63,996 nt of DNA, filler included, from an uncultured Acidimicrobiia bacterium (GCA_964347285.1; 3 parts of 3 records of this genome joined end to end with filler, not necessarily neighbours in it); one strand, 5' to 3'. Counted from the whole stretch's first letter, positions 51,384 to 61,368 are shown. Numbers and translations: made by a program. Notes: generated from the sequence alone by a model not told the origin.

Positions 51384-53326
51384 ATGGCCAAGGCAACCAG
51401 CGACCTCATCGCATCCGGCCGGGCAGCGATGGAGGCCAATGACTGGGCGGCGGCGTTCGAGCTGTTTCAGGAAGCCGCCGCGGCGGGGGTGCTGAGCCCA
51501 CCCGAGCTCGAGGATCTCGCTCGCTCCGCCTGGTGGTCGGGGAGACCCGACGATTGCATCGCCGCCCGTGAGCAGGCTTACGCCGGTTACACGAAGTCGG
51601 ATGACCGGAAACGGGCGGCGATGGTCGCCCTGGCCCTGGCCGAGGACCACTTCCACACCCGGGCCTCGGCGCTCGGGCACGGCTGGCTGAAGCGGGCCGC
51701 CCGGCTGCTCGAATCCGAGCCCGAGGCGGTCGAGCACGGGTGGCTGACCCGGACCCAGGCCGTCATCGCATTCGAAGAGAACAGCGATCTCGACACCGCG
51801 CTCGAACTGGCCGAACGGGCTCACGAGATTGGGGCGGCGTTCGGAGACCGGGACCTGCAGGCCATCAGCCTCCACGACCAAGGCCGCATCACCGTCGCCC
51901 GCGGAGACGTCGACGAGGGAATGGCCCTCATGGATGAGGCCATGGTGGCAGCGGTCGGAGGAGAGCTCGGAGCCTTCTACACGGGAAAGATCTACTGCAA
52001 CATGATCGACATCTGCGAGCAGCTCGCCGACTATCGGCGCGCCGGCGACTGGAGCGATGCCGCCAAGCGCTGGTGCGACCGAGCCGGTCACAGTTCCGGA
52101 TTCCCCGGCGTGTGTCGCATTCACCGAGCCGAGATCATGCGGTTGCGAGGGGACTGGGAGTCGGCCGAGGCGGAGGCCGAACGGGCCGCCCGTGAGGTGG
52201 GGAACTTCATCGATTTCGCCGGCGAGGCCTTCTACGAGATCGGACAGATCCGGCTGCACATGGGCGATTACGAGCGCGCCGAGGATGCGTTCCGAAGGGC
52301 TCACGGCCTGGGGCGCGATCCACAGCCGGGCCTGGCCCTCCTCGAGCTCGCCAAGGGAAACGAGGAAGGGGCCTCGACGCTCATCGGCGAAAGCCTGGCC
52401 GAGGCAAGGCACCCCTGAAGCGAGCCCGGCTGCTCCCTGCTCTGATCGAGATCGCCCTGGCCCGGAGACGCTTCGATCTCGCTCGGGACGCCGCCACCGA
52501 GATGTCGACCATTGCCGGGGAATACGGGTCACCGGCCTTGCGAGCCCACGCCGAGCACGGCCGGGGAGCGTTGCTCATCGCCGAGGGCGATCCGGAGCAG
52601 GCGCTCGAGCACCTGCGTCGGGCCGCCGAGCTGCTACGCACGATCGATCTCCCCTACCTGGCGGCCCGGTCCCGGATGCTGCTCGGAGATGCGTATCGGC
52701 AGAGCGGCAAGGCGGACCTGGCCAGCCTGGAGTTCGGGCCCGCTCGTGCCGCGTTCGAGAAGCTGGGGGCGATGGCGGACGCCCGGGCCGCCGTGCAAGC
52801 TCTCGGAGCCGGAACGGGCCGCGCCGAAGGCGGCGAGCGAAGGACCATGGCCCTCATGTTCACCGACATCGTCAACTCGACACCACTGATCGGCGTGATC
52901 GGGGACGAGGCCTGGGGGCAGTTGCTGCGTTGGCACCATCGCACGCTGCGTTCGCTCTTCGCCGGCCGGGGGGGACGCGAGGTCGAGAACACCGGCGATG
53001 GATTCTTCGTGTCCTTCGAGCGGCCCCAGGCAGCGGTGGACTGCGCCGTCGAGATCCAGCAGACCCTCGCCAAGCAGCGACGGGAGCATGGCTTCGCCCC
53101 CGATGTGCGCATCGGGCTTCACGTGGGGGAGGTGACTGAGATGGCGGCCTCCCTCGCCGGCGAGGATGTCCACAGGGCGTCCCGGATCGCCGGCCACGCC
53201 GCCGGCGGGGAGATCCTCGCCAGCCACGAGCTGGCCCAATTGACCGGGTCCGCCGGCGAGACTCGCTCGATCGAGCTGAAGGACTTCGCCGGGGAGATCG
53301 AGGTGGTCAGCCTCACCTGGCGTTAG
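51384..53326 (+). pseudogene. TPR/MalT-like domain plus class III nucleotidyl cyclase, split by a 1-bp frameshift at about 52412-52415
   Basis: Adding one C to CACCCCTGAAG gives HPLKRARLLPALIEIAL and joins both ORFs; FTDIVNST, TGDG, RIGLHVGE. May be a sequencing error. Confidence 0.8.
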
Positions 53327-53664
53327 GGAAGCCATTCGGCCGGCCGGTGCGCCGGGTCGCCGTTTCCGGAGGTTCGGGGTGGACCCGAACGCCGGCGATG
53401 GGAGGCCGCACCCGGCCCCGTTTCACTCCCTATCCTCTGTAGCGAGATGCAGGCAACCTCGGATTCGGGTACGTGGCCCGGAACGGATTTCCTCGACCGA
53501 GGACAATCGATCATCGATGAAGCCCACTCGCAGCCTGCCCGGTCCGCCGGAGCCGCCGTGGGAGCATCTCGTGGACAGGGCCAGCTCCCGCTCCGTCCCG
53601 GATGGGGCCGGCCGGCTTCCTGCACTCGACCTCGGGGGACGGATCCGGACGGGATCAGCCGCTG

Positions 53665-54537
53665 ATGGATTTCGTCAGCGACTCGATCGTCATCGGACTG
53701 ACCGAGCAGGCCCCGCTGGTCCTGGCGGCCATGGGGTTCGCCTTGCTGTACCGCCTCACCGGGCTCATCAACGTGGCTTACGCGGAGACCGTCACGCTCG
53801 GCGCCTATTTCGGGATGTGGGTCAACACGACCTTCGGCCTCAACTTCTACGCGATCCTCATCCCGGCCGGGATCCTCGCCGGGCTGGTGAGCGTGGCCAC
53901 GTACTTCGGCATCTTCCGGCCGGCAAAGCTGCGAAACGTCGGGGTCTTGGAGATGATCATCATCTCTTTCGGGCTCTCGATCTTCCTGCGCCACGGACTC
54001 CAGTTCGTCTTCGGGTACCCGGTCCGGTTCTACGAGGTCCCGTCCCCCGACACCATCCGGGTGTTCGGGGTCGGGGTGTCGTCGTTCCGGATGCTGGCCC
54101 TCGGTAGCGTCGCCGCCCTCGCTCTTCTGCTCTACCTGTTCATCCAGAAATCCAAGTTCGGCCTCCAGATCCGGGCACTGGCCAGCGACGAGGACCTGGC
54201 GCAGGCGAGCGGCATCCGGCCCCTGGCCGTCACCGTGCTGATCTGGTTCATCGCCGGGGTGGCCGGAGGCTTCGCCGGCGCGTTCTACGGGGTCGGGTCC
54301 TCGGTGAGGCCGCGGCTCGGATGGGACGTGTTCCTCTTCATCCTGCTGGTCGTGCTGGTGGGAGGAGCCAAGAACATAGGCGGCGTGATCATCGTCGGGG
54401 TTGCCACCGGTGTGGCGCTGACCGCTATGACCCTCCAGTTCGGCCAGGTGCTGTACGCCCAGCTGATCCTGATCGTCGCTTTCGTGATCATCTTGAAGCT
54501 GCGCGGCCGGCGAACGGCAGAAGCGGCAAAGGTGTAG
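53665..54537 (+). CDS. Branched-chain amino acid-type ABC permease (LivH-like)
   Basis: LAAMGFALLY..TGLINVA, FGLQIRALAS..DLAQASGI. Confidence 0.9.
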   Translation: MDFVSDSIVIGLTEQAPLVLAAMGFALLYRLTGLINVAYAETVTLGAYFGMWVNTTFGLNFYAILIPAGILAGLVSVATYFGIFRPAKLRNVGVLEMIIISFGLSIFLRHGLQFVFGYPVRFYEVPSPDTIRVFGVGVSSFRMLALGSVAALALLLYLFIQKSKFGLQIRALASDEDLAQASGIRPLAVTVLIWFIAGVAGGFAGAFYGVGSSVRPRLGWDVFLFILLVVLVGGAKNIGGVIIVGVATGVALTAMTLQFGQVLYAQLILIVAFVIILKLRGRRTAEAAKV

Positions 54538-54541
54538 CGGT

Positions 54542-55492
54542 ATGAACCTCGATTGGCTCGACGCGTTCCTCATCTCGGGGCTGTTCTTCGTGGTGATGGT
54601 GATCGGCCTGGGGTTGCTGCTTCACCTGCAACTGGGCCTGGCCCGCATCGCCAACTTCGGCGTCGTCGGCTTCTGGGGCATCGGGATGTACTCGTTCGGC
54701 GTCCTGTTCCTCGAGGTGGATTGGCCGTTCGGGGAACCCTGGCCTTTCCTGATTTCCGTGGCCTTCGGAATGGTCGTCGCCGGCCTGAGCGGCCTCCTGG
54801 TGGGGTGGTTGATCGCCGACCTCGACGACGACGGCGTCCTGGTGGGCACGCTCGGCTTCGCCACCGCGGTCTGGATCCTGGCGACGACCGAGCAGGATCT
54901 CACCGGCGGCGCGCTGGGCAAGGGCGGGCTCAACTTCCCCTACGACATCGGCTCCGTCAAGGCCAACGAGTTCCTGTGGCTGGGAATCATGACCGCCGTG
55001 GTGGCCATGATCCTCTACTACGTGTGGCGGGTTCATCGGTCGCCGTACGGGCGCCTGCTGACCGCCGTCGGGGACAACGAACCACTGGCCCGCAGCCTGG
55101 GGAAGCCCACGTTCCGCACGAAGGTGAGGTTGTTCGCCGTCGCCTCGGCCGGCATGGGGCTGCTCGGCGCCATGTTCGGCGTCATGGAACGCTTCCTCGA
55201 AACCGCCAACATCGGGATCGACATCACCCTGGCCGCGATCGTCGGATTGGTCCTGGGAGGCACGGCCCGGGTAATGGGGGCGGTCGTCGGCGTGATTTTC
55301 GCAGTGGGGTTCTTCGACATCGTCGTGCAAAGCTATCTGCCACTCCCCCAGGACTGGTACACCCAGGCCATCCCCGTCCTCCGGGAAGCGGCGTTCGGCG
55401 CCATGCTGATCGTCGTGCTCCTCTTCCGGCCGCTGGGCCTCCTCGGGCCGATGCGCCGCGACAAGCTGATGCGGAGCATGCATGGCAAGTGA
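54542..55492 (+). CDS. Branched-chain amino acid-type ABC permease (LivM-like)
   Basis: NFGVVGFWGIG, LTGG, SPYGRLL.AV.DNE..A.SLG. Confidence 0.9.
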   Translation: MNLDWLDAFLISGLFFVVMVIGLGLLLHLQLGLARIANFGVVGFWGIGMYSFGVLFLEVDWPFGEPWPFLISVAFGMVVAGLSGLLVGWLIADLDDDGVLVGTLGFATAVWILATTEQDLTGGALGKGGLNFPYDIGSVKANEFLWLGIMTAVVAMILYYVWRVHRSPYGRLLTAVGDNEPLARSLGKPTFRTKVRLFAVASAGMGLLGAMFGVMERFLETANIGIDITLAAIVGLVLGGTARVMGAVVGVIFAVGFFDIVVQSYLPLPQDWYTQAIPVLREAAFGAMLIVVLLFRPLGLLGPMRRDKLMRSMHGK

Positions 55493-56312
55493 TCCCCGAG
55501 CCGTTGCCGCAGCCGGTCCCGCCGTGAACACCAGCGGAGAACGGCCGACCATCCGCATCGAGTCGGCCGTGAAGAGCTTCGACGGTCGGGTCGTGGTCGA
55601 CGTCGACGAGCTGACCCTGGGAAAGCATCCGATCGAGGGGCTGATCGGGCCGAACGGCGCCGGAAAGACGACGCTGCTGAGGATGATCATGCACTCCATC
55701 AAGCTCGACCGGGGAAAGGTCACGCTCGTCGAACCGGGCGCCGACGGGGGCAAGATCCTGTCGAACTTGCATCCGCACGCCATCGCCGGGCTCGGGGTCG
55801 TCAAGACCAACCAGGTCATCCAGGACTTCGACAACCTGACGATCTGGGACTCGCTGCTCCTGTCGGTGGCCGAAGCCTCCGACGAACGCTCCTACCAGAT
55901 CTACCGGGAAGGGGGGCTGCTCGAGGAGCACCAGGAGGACACCCGCTGGTATCTCGACCATTTCGGCTTCGACGACCCGACTGGGTTCGCTAAGTCGGCC
56001 GGAGAGAAGAAGCTGCTCGACATCATCCGGTGTCTGCTGCTGCGGCCGAAGGTGCTGCTGCTGGACGAGCCGGCGGCCGGCCTGCCCGACGACGTCAGAG
56101 ACGGTGTGATGGAGCTGGTGAGGGAGAAGGCCACCACAGAGAACGTCTCGGTGGTGATCGTCGAGCACGACCTAGACGTGATCTGGACGATGTGCGACTA
56201 CGTCCACTTCATGGCGGAGGGGAGCGTGATTCTGCGCGGGGCACCCGAGTGGATCCGGGAACACGAGACCGTGGTAGAGAAATACCTGGGCAGTGGGCAT
56301 GTTGGAGGCTGA
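55482..56312 (+). CDS. ABC ATP-binding protein (LivG-like)
   Basis: GPNGAGKTT, LLLDEPAAG, VEHD, EKYLG. Confidence 0.9.
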   Translation: MASDPRAVAAAGPAVNTSGERPTIRIESAVKSFDGRVVVDVDELTLGKHPIEGLIGPNGAGKTTLLRMIMHSIKLDRGKVTLVEPGADGGKILSNLHPHAIAGLGVVKTNQVIQDFDNLTIWDSLLLSVAEASDERSYQIYREGGLLEEHQEDTRWYLDHFGFDDPTGFAKSAGEKKLLDIIRCLLLRPKVLLLDEPAAGLPDDVRDGVMELVREKATTENVSVVIVEHDLDVIWTMCDYVHFMAEGSVILRGAPEWIREHETVVEKYLGSGHVGG

Positions 56313-56991
56313 GGGCATCCGCAGCGGGTACGGCGGCGTGACCGTGATCAAGAGCCTCGACCTCAGCGTGGGTCACGAGATCTTCGCCGTGCTGGGCGCC
56401 AACGGGGCCGGTAAGACGACGTTGCTGGCCACGTTGGCCCGGCTCATACCTCTGATGGCCGGAAGGCTAAGGTTTCTGGGAGAGGATGTCTCCGAGCTGC
56501 CGCCGTGGGAAACGGCGGCACGGGGACTGGGCTACGTGCCGCAGGAGAAGGGCGTCTTCGCCGAATTGACGGTGCTGGAGAACCTGCAGGTAGGCGGGAT
56601 GGTCGGCAGCCGATCCACCGAAGAGCGGATCGGCGAGATCGTCGAGCTGTTCCCGGACCTCGGAGAACGACGGGACCAGCCGGCGGGGACCCTGAGCGGC
56701 GGCGAGTCGCGGATGCTGGCGTGCGGGAGAGCTTTGATGCAGGACCCCAGGCTGTTGCTGCTCGATGAGCCCACCGCCGGCCTCTCCCCCCTGTACGTCG
56801 ACAGCTTTTTCGAACGGATCAGGGCCATTCACGACACACGAGACGTCAGCATCATCCTGGCGGAGCAGAACGCCACCAAGGCGCTCGAGGTCGCCGACCG
56901 GGTGATGGTGCTGAGCCTGGGCGAGGCGTCCGAGATCAGGGACGCCTCGGAAGTGACCATCGAGATACTCAAGGAGGGATACCGGATCTGA
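56299..56991 (+). CDS. ABC ATP-binding protein (LivF-like)
   Basis: GANGAGKTT, LSGGE, LLLDEPTAGLSP, EQN. Confidence 0.92.
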   Translation: MLEAEGIRSGYGGVTVIKSLDLSVGHEIFAVLGANGAGKTTLLATLARLIPLMAGRLRFLGEDVSELPPWETAARGLGYVPQEKGVFAELTVLENLQVGGMVGSRSTEERIGEIVELFPDLGERRDQPAGTLSGGESRMLACGRALMQDPRLLLLDEPTAGLSPLYVDSFFERIRAIHDTRDVSIILAEQNATKALEVADRVMVLSLGEASEIRDASEVTIEILKEGYRI

Positions 56992-57053
56992 ACCGGTCCA
57001 TTGGCGGTGCCGGCCGGCACAACGCAAGCGACTACAAAGGAGGAAGAAAGCAA

Positions 57054-58496
57054 ATGAGAAGACGAATTACGACCAGGGGAGTGCCGGCGGTCCTGCTGGC
57101 ATTCGCCCTGATCGCGGCGGCGTGTGGCGACACGACCGGCGAGGCTCCCGAGGCCCCGGCCGAGACCGAGGCCCCTGCTGAGACCGAGGCCCCCGCCGAG
57201 ACGGAGGCTCCGGCGGAGACCGAGGCCCCCGCCGAGACCGAAGCTCCTACGGCCGCCGGACCGGTGGTCGTCTGCGAGCTGGCCTATTACACGGGCGAAT
57301 TCGCGCCGTACGGGCCGGCCCTGACTGCGGACGTGGCGTTCCCGATCGAAGAGGTGATCAATCTCGATCCCCCGCTCGGGCGTACGTGGGAGCTGATCAG
57401 CGAGGACATCGGTACCGTCGGTGAAGGCCAGGCGGCTCGTACCTGCCTGGAGCAGCACGGAGCCGAGATCCTGGTGAGTCCCGCCCACGGGTACCGGCCG
57501 TACCGCTCCTTCCTCCAGGAGTGGCTTGCGGAGAACGACTCGCCGCTGATGCCGACGGTCCACGGTGGCACGATCCCCGGGAACCTCGGCGGAACCGGCA
57601 CGGAGCCGATCTTCCGGGCCCAGGGCCTCGACGAGGCCTTGGGCATGACCGGGGTGCTGTACGCGGAGACGATCGGCGTTGAGTCGATCGTGATCTTTGC
57701 CACCCAGGTGGAGGGCTTCCAGCTGGCCGCCGGTGCCGCCGAAAAGGCGGCCGAGGCGGTCGGAATCGAGGTCCTGGCACGGATCGACGTGCCGGCGGAG
57801 CAGCCCTCGTACCGGGCCGAAGCCGAGCGAATTGCCGAGCTCGAGCCCGACGCGGTGATCGTGCAGGCGGGGTCGGTGGAATCGGCCACCCTGATCAAGC
57901 AGGCGGCCGAAGCGGGCCTGTCCCTCAACTGGATCGGTGAGACCGGCTGGGTCCAGCCGGAGTTCATCGGAACGCTGGGGACCGACGCCATCGCCACCCA
58001 GGAGAGCATCGGCTACGGCGCGTTCACGTACGACGACACCACCCCCGCCTGGGAGTTCTACCAGCCGCTGTGGGACGACACCGAGGGGTACGGGTCCGGG
58101 ACCGACTACGGCGACGCGACGGGGAACTACCACTACTCGACCTACGACCTCCTGGTCCACACGGCGCTCGCCGCCGAGTACGCCGGGTCGTACAAGGCGA
58201 GTGAGTGGGCTCCGGCGATGTTCGAAGTCGGCGACCCGCCCGGAACCGTGTGCTACACGTACGCGGACTGCCTGGCGCTGATCAGAGCTGGTGAGGACAT
58301 CGACTACGAAGGCGTCACCGGCCCCGGCACGTACTCCGAAGGTGGCGTCAACGCCGTCACCCAGGCGTACGCACCGTTCCTCGAGGACGGGAGCGTCGGT
58401 GAGGCGGTGGTCATCGACGCAGACCGTGCGCTGGAGGTCATCGGTCTGATCGCCGTCGAGGCGGAGTGCACGGCGGACGGCGAGTGCGAGTGGTAG
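57054..58496 (+). CDS. ABC substrate-binding lipoprotein (Leu/Ile/Val-binding family)
   Basis: RBS AAGGAGG, lipobox AAAC, EAPAET linker, C...I..G.DIDYEG..G motif. Confidence 0.88.
   Translation: MRRRITTRGVPAVLLAFALIAAACGDTTGEAPEAPAETEAPAETEAPAETEAPAETEAPAETEAPTAAGPVVVCELAYYTGEFAPYGPALTADVAFPIEEVINLDPPLGRTWELISEDIGTVGEGQAARTCLEQHGAEILVSPAHGYRPYRSFLQEWLAENDSPLMPTVHGGTIPGNLGGTGTEPIFRAQGLDEALGMTGVLYAETIGVESIVIFATQVEGFQLAAGAAEKAAEAVGIEVLARIDVPAEQPSYRAEAERIAELEPDAVIVQAGSVESATLIKQAAEAGLSLNWIGETGWVQPEFIGTLGTDAIATQESIGYGAFTYDDTTPAWEFYQPLWDDTEGYGSGTDYGDATGNYHYSTYDLLVHTALAAEYAGSYKASEWAPAMFEVGDPPGTVCYTYADCLALIRAGEDIDYEGVTGPGTYSEGGVNAVTQAYAPFLEDGSVGEAVVIDADRALEVIGLIAVEAECTADGECEW
57150..57239 (+). repeat. 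Five 18-bp coding repeats (EAPAET linker)
   Basis: GAG GCy CCn GCn GAG ACs x5, varying only at third codon positions. Confidence 0.92.
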
Positions 58497-58531
58497 GAGG
58501 CGGCTAGGACAAACGGCAAACCAGCCAGTGC

Positions 58532-58565
58532 GAAGGCGGCAGCGGGACACCCCGCTGCCGCCTTC
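58532..58565. terminator. 15-bp perfect hairpin between convergent genes
   Basis: GAAGGCGGCAGCGGG-ACAC-CCCGCTGCCGCCTTC. Confidence 0.82.
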
Positions 58566-58575
58566 CGCGAAAGCC

Positions 58576-58938
58576 TCAGTAACTCAGCACCCGGTCGTAT
58601 TCCATCGTGAGGTCGCTGAGGTCGTCCGGCCCAGCGAACTCGGCGTTCTTGCCTTCCAGATCCGATTCGTCGACCGCACGGGCCAGACTGCACGGCTTTC
58701 AGACGTAGACGGGAATGCCGTGGTCGACGACCTTGTCCCACAACTGACGAAGTGGCGGGAAGCCGACGCCGTGGATGCCGTCGACGACGGCATCCTTCAT
58801 CAGGTAGACGGCTTCGCCCATGACCACGATTCCGGGCTCGTGCCCGCGATCGATCGCTCCCGAGGCAACGAGGAACGGCATCGTCGCCCGCGTCGGGTCG
58901 TCGGAGGCGTAGGTGCCGACGATCAACAGCTTGCCCAT
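58576..58938 (-). CDS. DsrE-family protein, probable selenoprotein (UxxC; TGA at 58699-58701), 120 aa
   Basis: DDPTRATMPF..A.GA...G, GEAVYL, GVGFPPL, IPVYV-TGA-KPCSLARAV...DRVLSY; frame stays open for 40 more codons. Confidence 0.85.
58669..58688 (-). promoter_or_regulatory. Putative bacterial SECIS hairpin
   Basis: GUC-U-GGCC-CGUGC-GGUC-GAC begins 11 nt after the UGA; bulged U and GU-containing loop. Confidence 0.6.
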
Positions 58939-59311
58939 GGAATCTCCCTCCCCTCGAAGATGCTTTGAAGCCCAGCCTACTTGTCCCGCGCAACAGAACC
59001 TGGTGACCTACCCGACTGATCTACCTCACTGAGCGGGTACCCGGCTGGGTCGGCGGGATTGTCCGCCTGGCCCGACTCGGCCCCAACAGGTCGCAGTTTG
59101 ACTCGCGAGGCCCTGGACCTTCGATCAGGCCGCCAAAGGACTGCTCGGAGCCACCACAACCGGGAATGGCAATGTTGCCCAAACTCTCTTGGTGGCGATG
59201 TAGCGCGCAGCCATTGCAGCCGGCACTACGACGGCGTTTGCATTCGACTTCCGTACAACCTCACTGTTTGCCTGCAGCTCATCGCAGAGTCTCGCCTACC
59301 GACCCGTCCGC

Positions 59312-60238
59312 TCACGCCGCGGCGGGGCCGTCGCACTCAGGACGGGACCGGCGGAGGAGGCGCGGAAAGAGGCGAACGATCTGGCCCGCCCCGAACCCGG
59401 CCAGGAGGCCGACGCCGACCAGGATCAGGGGGAGTGCCAGCAGCCCTGCTGCGGTAATAGATTCGGCGCCGAGGGTGAGGCCGAGGGCCACGGCGACCAC
59501 CGGGTTGACGTAGGCGTAGCTGGTGGCGAGAGCGGGGCGCACGTTCTCCAGCAGGTACATGTAGGCGCTGAAGGCGATGATCGATCCGAACACGATGAGG
59601 TAGGCGAGGCCGAGCCAAGCGGCGATCGGCGGGGCGCCTGCCAGCTGCTCCCCTCGAACGGCGCCGAGCAGGAGAAGGAGAGTGCCGCCGGCGAGCATCT
59701 CGGCGGCGACCCCGGTCGGGCCGACCGGGAGATCGACCCGGGTGCGGCGCATCGAGCCGAACGCCCAGCTGATGGTGGCGGCCAAGAGGATGACCGCCCC
59801 TGGAACGTTCGACGAGAAGTCGCCCTCGATGCTGAGCAGGGCGACCCCGGCCATGCCGACTCCGAGGCCCCACCATTCACGGCGCTTGGGCCAGCGCCCG
59901 AAGGTGCCACCGATGACCGCCGTCCACAGCGGGATCGCGGCCGCCGCCGTCGCCGCCAGGCCGGAACCGATCCCGGTCGACTCTGCTACGGCCACCAACC
60001 CCACACCGCCGACAACGAGGAGGGTCCCGAGTTCGGCCGCCGCTCGCCACTGGCGCCGGTCGAGCCGGGCGTATCGCCGGGCGGTGAAGGCATAGAGGAC
60101 GCCCCCGGCGATGAGGAACCGCATCCCGGAGCCGAGCAGCGGGGGGAACCCCGTGACCATGTACTTGATGGCGAGGTAGGTCGATCCCCAGATGAGATAA
60201 ACGGCCGTCAGGGCGGCGATCTTGCGATGCCGGGCCAC
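59312..60238 (-). CDS. EamA/DMT family exporter (YedA-like)
   Basis: VYLIWGSTYLAI, RFLIAG, YLIVFGSIIAFSAY, SYAYVNPVVAV. Confidence 0.92.
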   Translation of the reverse strand: MARHRKIAALTAVYLIWGSTYLAIKYMVTGFPPLLGSGMRFLIAGGVLYAFTARRYARLDRRQWRAAAELGTLLVVGGVGLVAVAESTGIGSGLAATAAAAIPLWTAVIGGTFGRWPKRREWWGLGVGMAGVALLSIEGDFSSNVPGAVILLAATISWAFGSMRRTRVDLPVGPTGVAAEMLAGGTLLLLLGAVRGEQLAGAPPIAAWLGLAYLIVFGSIIAFSAYMYLLENVRPALATSYAYVNPVVAVALGLTLGAESITAAGLLALPLILVGVGLLAGFGAGQIVRLFPRLLRRSRPECDGPAAA

Positions 60239-60239
60239 G

Positions 60240-60398
60240 TCACACCGCCGGGGCGATGGGGTGTCTCGGGTACCGGGGGACCCGGCGGACAGGTGTTTCC
60301 GCCCGTCGGGCCGTCGCGAGCTGCGTTCGGCGGAGGATCTCTCGCTCCCGATCCCGAATGATTTCCCGGACTACTTCAATCGTGAGCAGGTAGGTCAT
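60240..60398 (-). CDS. 52-aa small protein (MTYLLTIEVVREIIRDREREILRR...)
   Basis: RBS GGAGGAG; stop 1 nt before the EamA start; downstream of a clear promoter. Confidence 0.65.
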   Translation of the reverse strand: MTYLLTIEVVREIIRDREREILRRTQLATARRAETPVRRVPRYPRHPIAPAV

Positions 60399-60469
60399 CG
60401 CCGTCTCCTCCTCCGGTCCGGACCTCTTGCGTTCCGGGACCTAATGAGCCATAATGCGTGTTGGTCCTT

Positions 60470-60498
60470 ATAATATACCAGGTTGTATAAGGAGTCAA
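60470..60498 (-). promoter_or_regulatory. Sigma70-type promoter TTGACT-17 nt-TATTAT inside a 75-bp imperfect palindrome
   Basis: -35 at 60493-60498, -10 at 60470-60475. Confidence 0.75.
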
Positions 60499-60505
60499 CA
60501 CCAAT

Positions 60506-61051
60506 ATGACTCATTATTCCGAGGGGATGGAGCTGGCAACCGACCTGGTGAATTCCTTCGACGTGTTCGCCGGGGAGGAGCTGCTGGACTCCGTGGCCGA
60601 CCTCGCCGACTTCGCCGCGGCGCACGATCTCGACGCCGGACGGGCGACCAAGAAGGACCTCGAGCGGCTCCGTCGGGCACGCCCGGTGCTGCGCAACGCT
60701 CTGCTCTCCGACGATGAGACGGCGGCGGTAGCCGCCCTCAACGACCTCCTCGCTGCGGCCCGGCCTCGGCCCCGTTTGGCAGCCGGGCCAGACAGCAGCT
60801 GGGCTTTCAGGTACGCCGATCCCAAGGCTTCCCTCGCCGACCGAATCCTGGCCGAGGCCGCGGCGGAAGCTCTTCAGGAGATCCGTGACCACGGGATGCG
60901 CCGCTTCAGTATGTGTGACAGCTCTACATGCGACGACGTGTTCGTGGATCAGTCCCGCAACCGCTCACGCCGCTACTGCACGTCCGACGTGTGCGGCAAC
61001 CGGGAGGCCCAGCGCGCCTACCGCGCCAGGCAGGCGGATCGCACCGAGTAG
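60506..61051 (+). CDS. CGNR zinc-finger (ABATE/DUF1470) putative regulator
   Basis: DLVNS; C....C..VFVDQSRNRSRRYC...CGNR. Confidence 0.92.
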   Translation: MTHYSEGMELATDLVNSFDVFAGEELLDSVADLADFAAAHDLDAGRATKKDLERLRRARPVLRNALLSDDETAAVAALNDLLAAARPRPRLAAGPDSSWAFRYADPKASLADRILAEAAAEALQEIRDHGMRRFSMCDSSTCDDVFVDQSRNRSRRYCTSDVCGNREAQRAYRARQADRTE

Positions 61052-61268
61052 CCGAAGGGCGACATCAGTCCTTCTCGGCGCCCTGCGACCTTCCGCATGC
61101 GACCCTCGGCACCAACGGCTCTTCGCCCCCAACGGTGTCGGCCGTCCGATGTCGACAACGCCCCTTCGTCGCAGACCGGAGTCTCACCGGCCTGGCCGAA
61201 AGGCCGCCGCCTAGTTCAGTTGAGGCTCGATGGCGGGTATCGGTCGGTGACCGGCAACAGGTGCCGCG

Positions 61269-61368
61269 NNNNNNNNNNNNNNNNNNNNNNNNNNNNNNNN
61301 NNNNNNNNNNNNTTAATTAATTAANNNNNNNNNNNNNNNNNNNNNNNNNNNNNNNNNNNNNNNNNNNN
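61269..61368. other. Artificial contig linker
   Basis: N-run with TTAATTAATTAA at 61313-61324. Confidence 0.99.

Noticed and set aside
52416..52418. TGA in the TPR-cyclase gene as selenocysteine
   Set aside because: Similarity continues in a different frame, so it is a frameshift rather than read-through
57150..57239. 18-bp tandem repeats as a possible CRISPR or VNTR
   Set aside because: No spacers; in-frame EAPAET linker with synonymous variation
58514..58580. GGCAAACC...GCGAAAGCC resembling a c-di-GMP-I riboswitch
   Set aside because: Lacks the GAAA-capped stem and correct spacing, lies between convergent 3' ends, and is explained by the terminator hairpin
58960..59140. Possible tRNA-Sec near the selenoprotein (CTTCAAA on the minus strand)
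   Set aside because: No anticodon stem, T-arm or acceptor stem can be formed; TAGGCT there is more likely a -10 element
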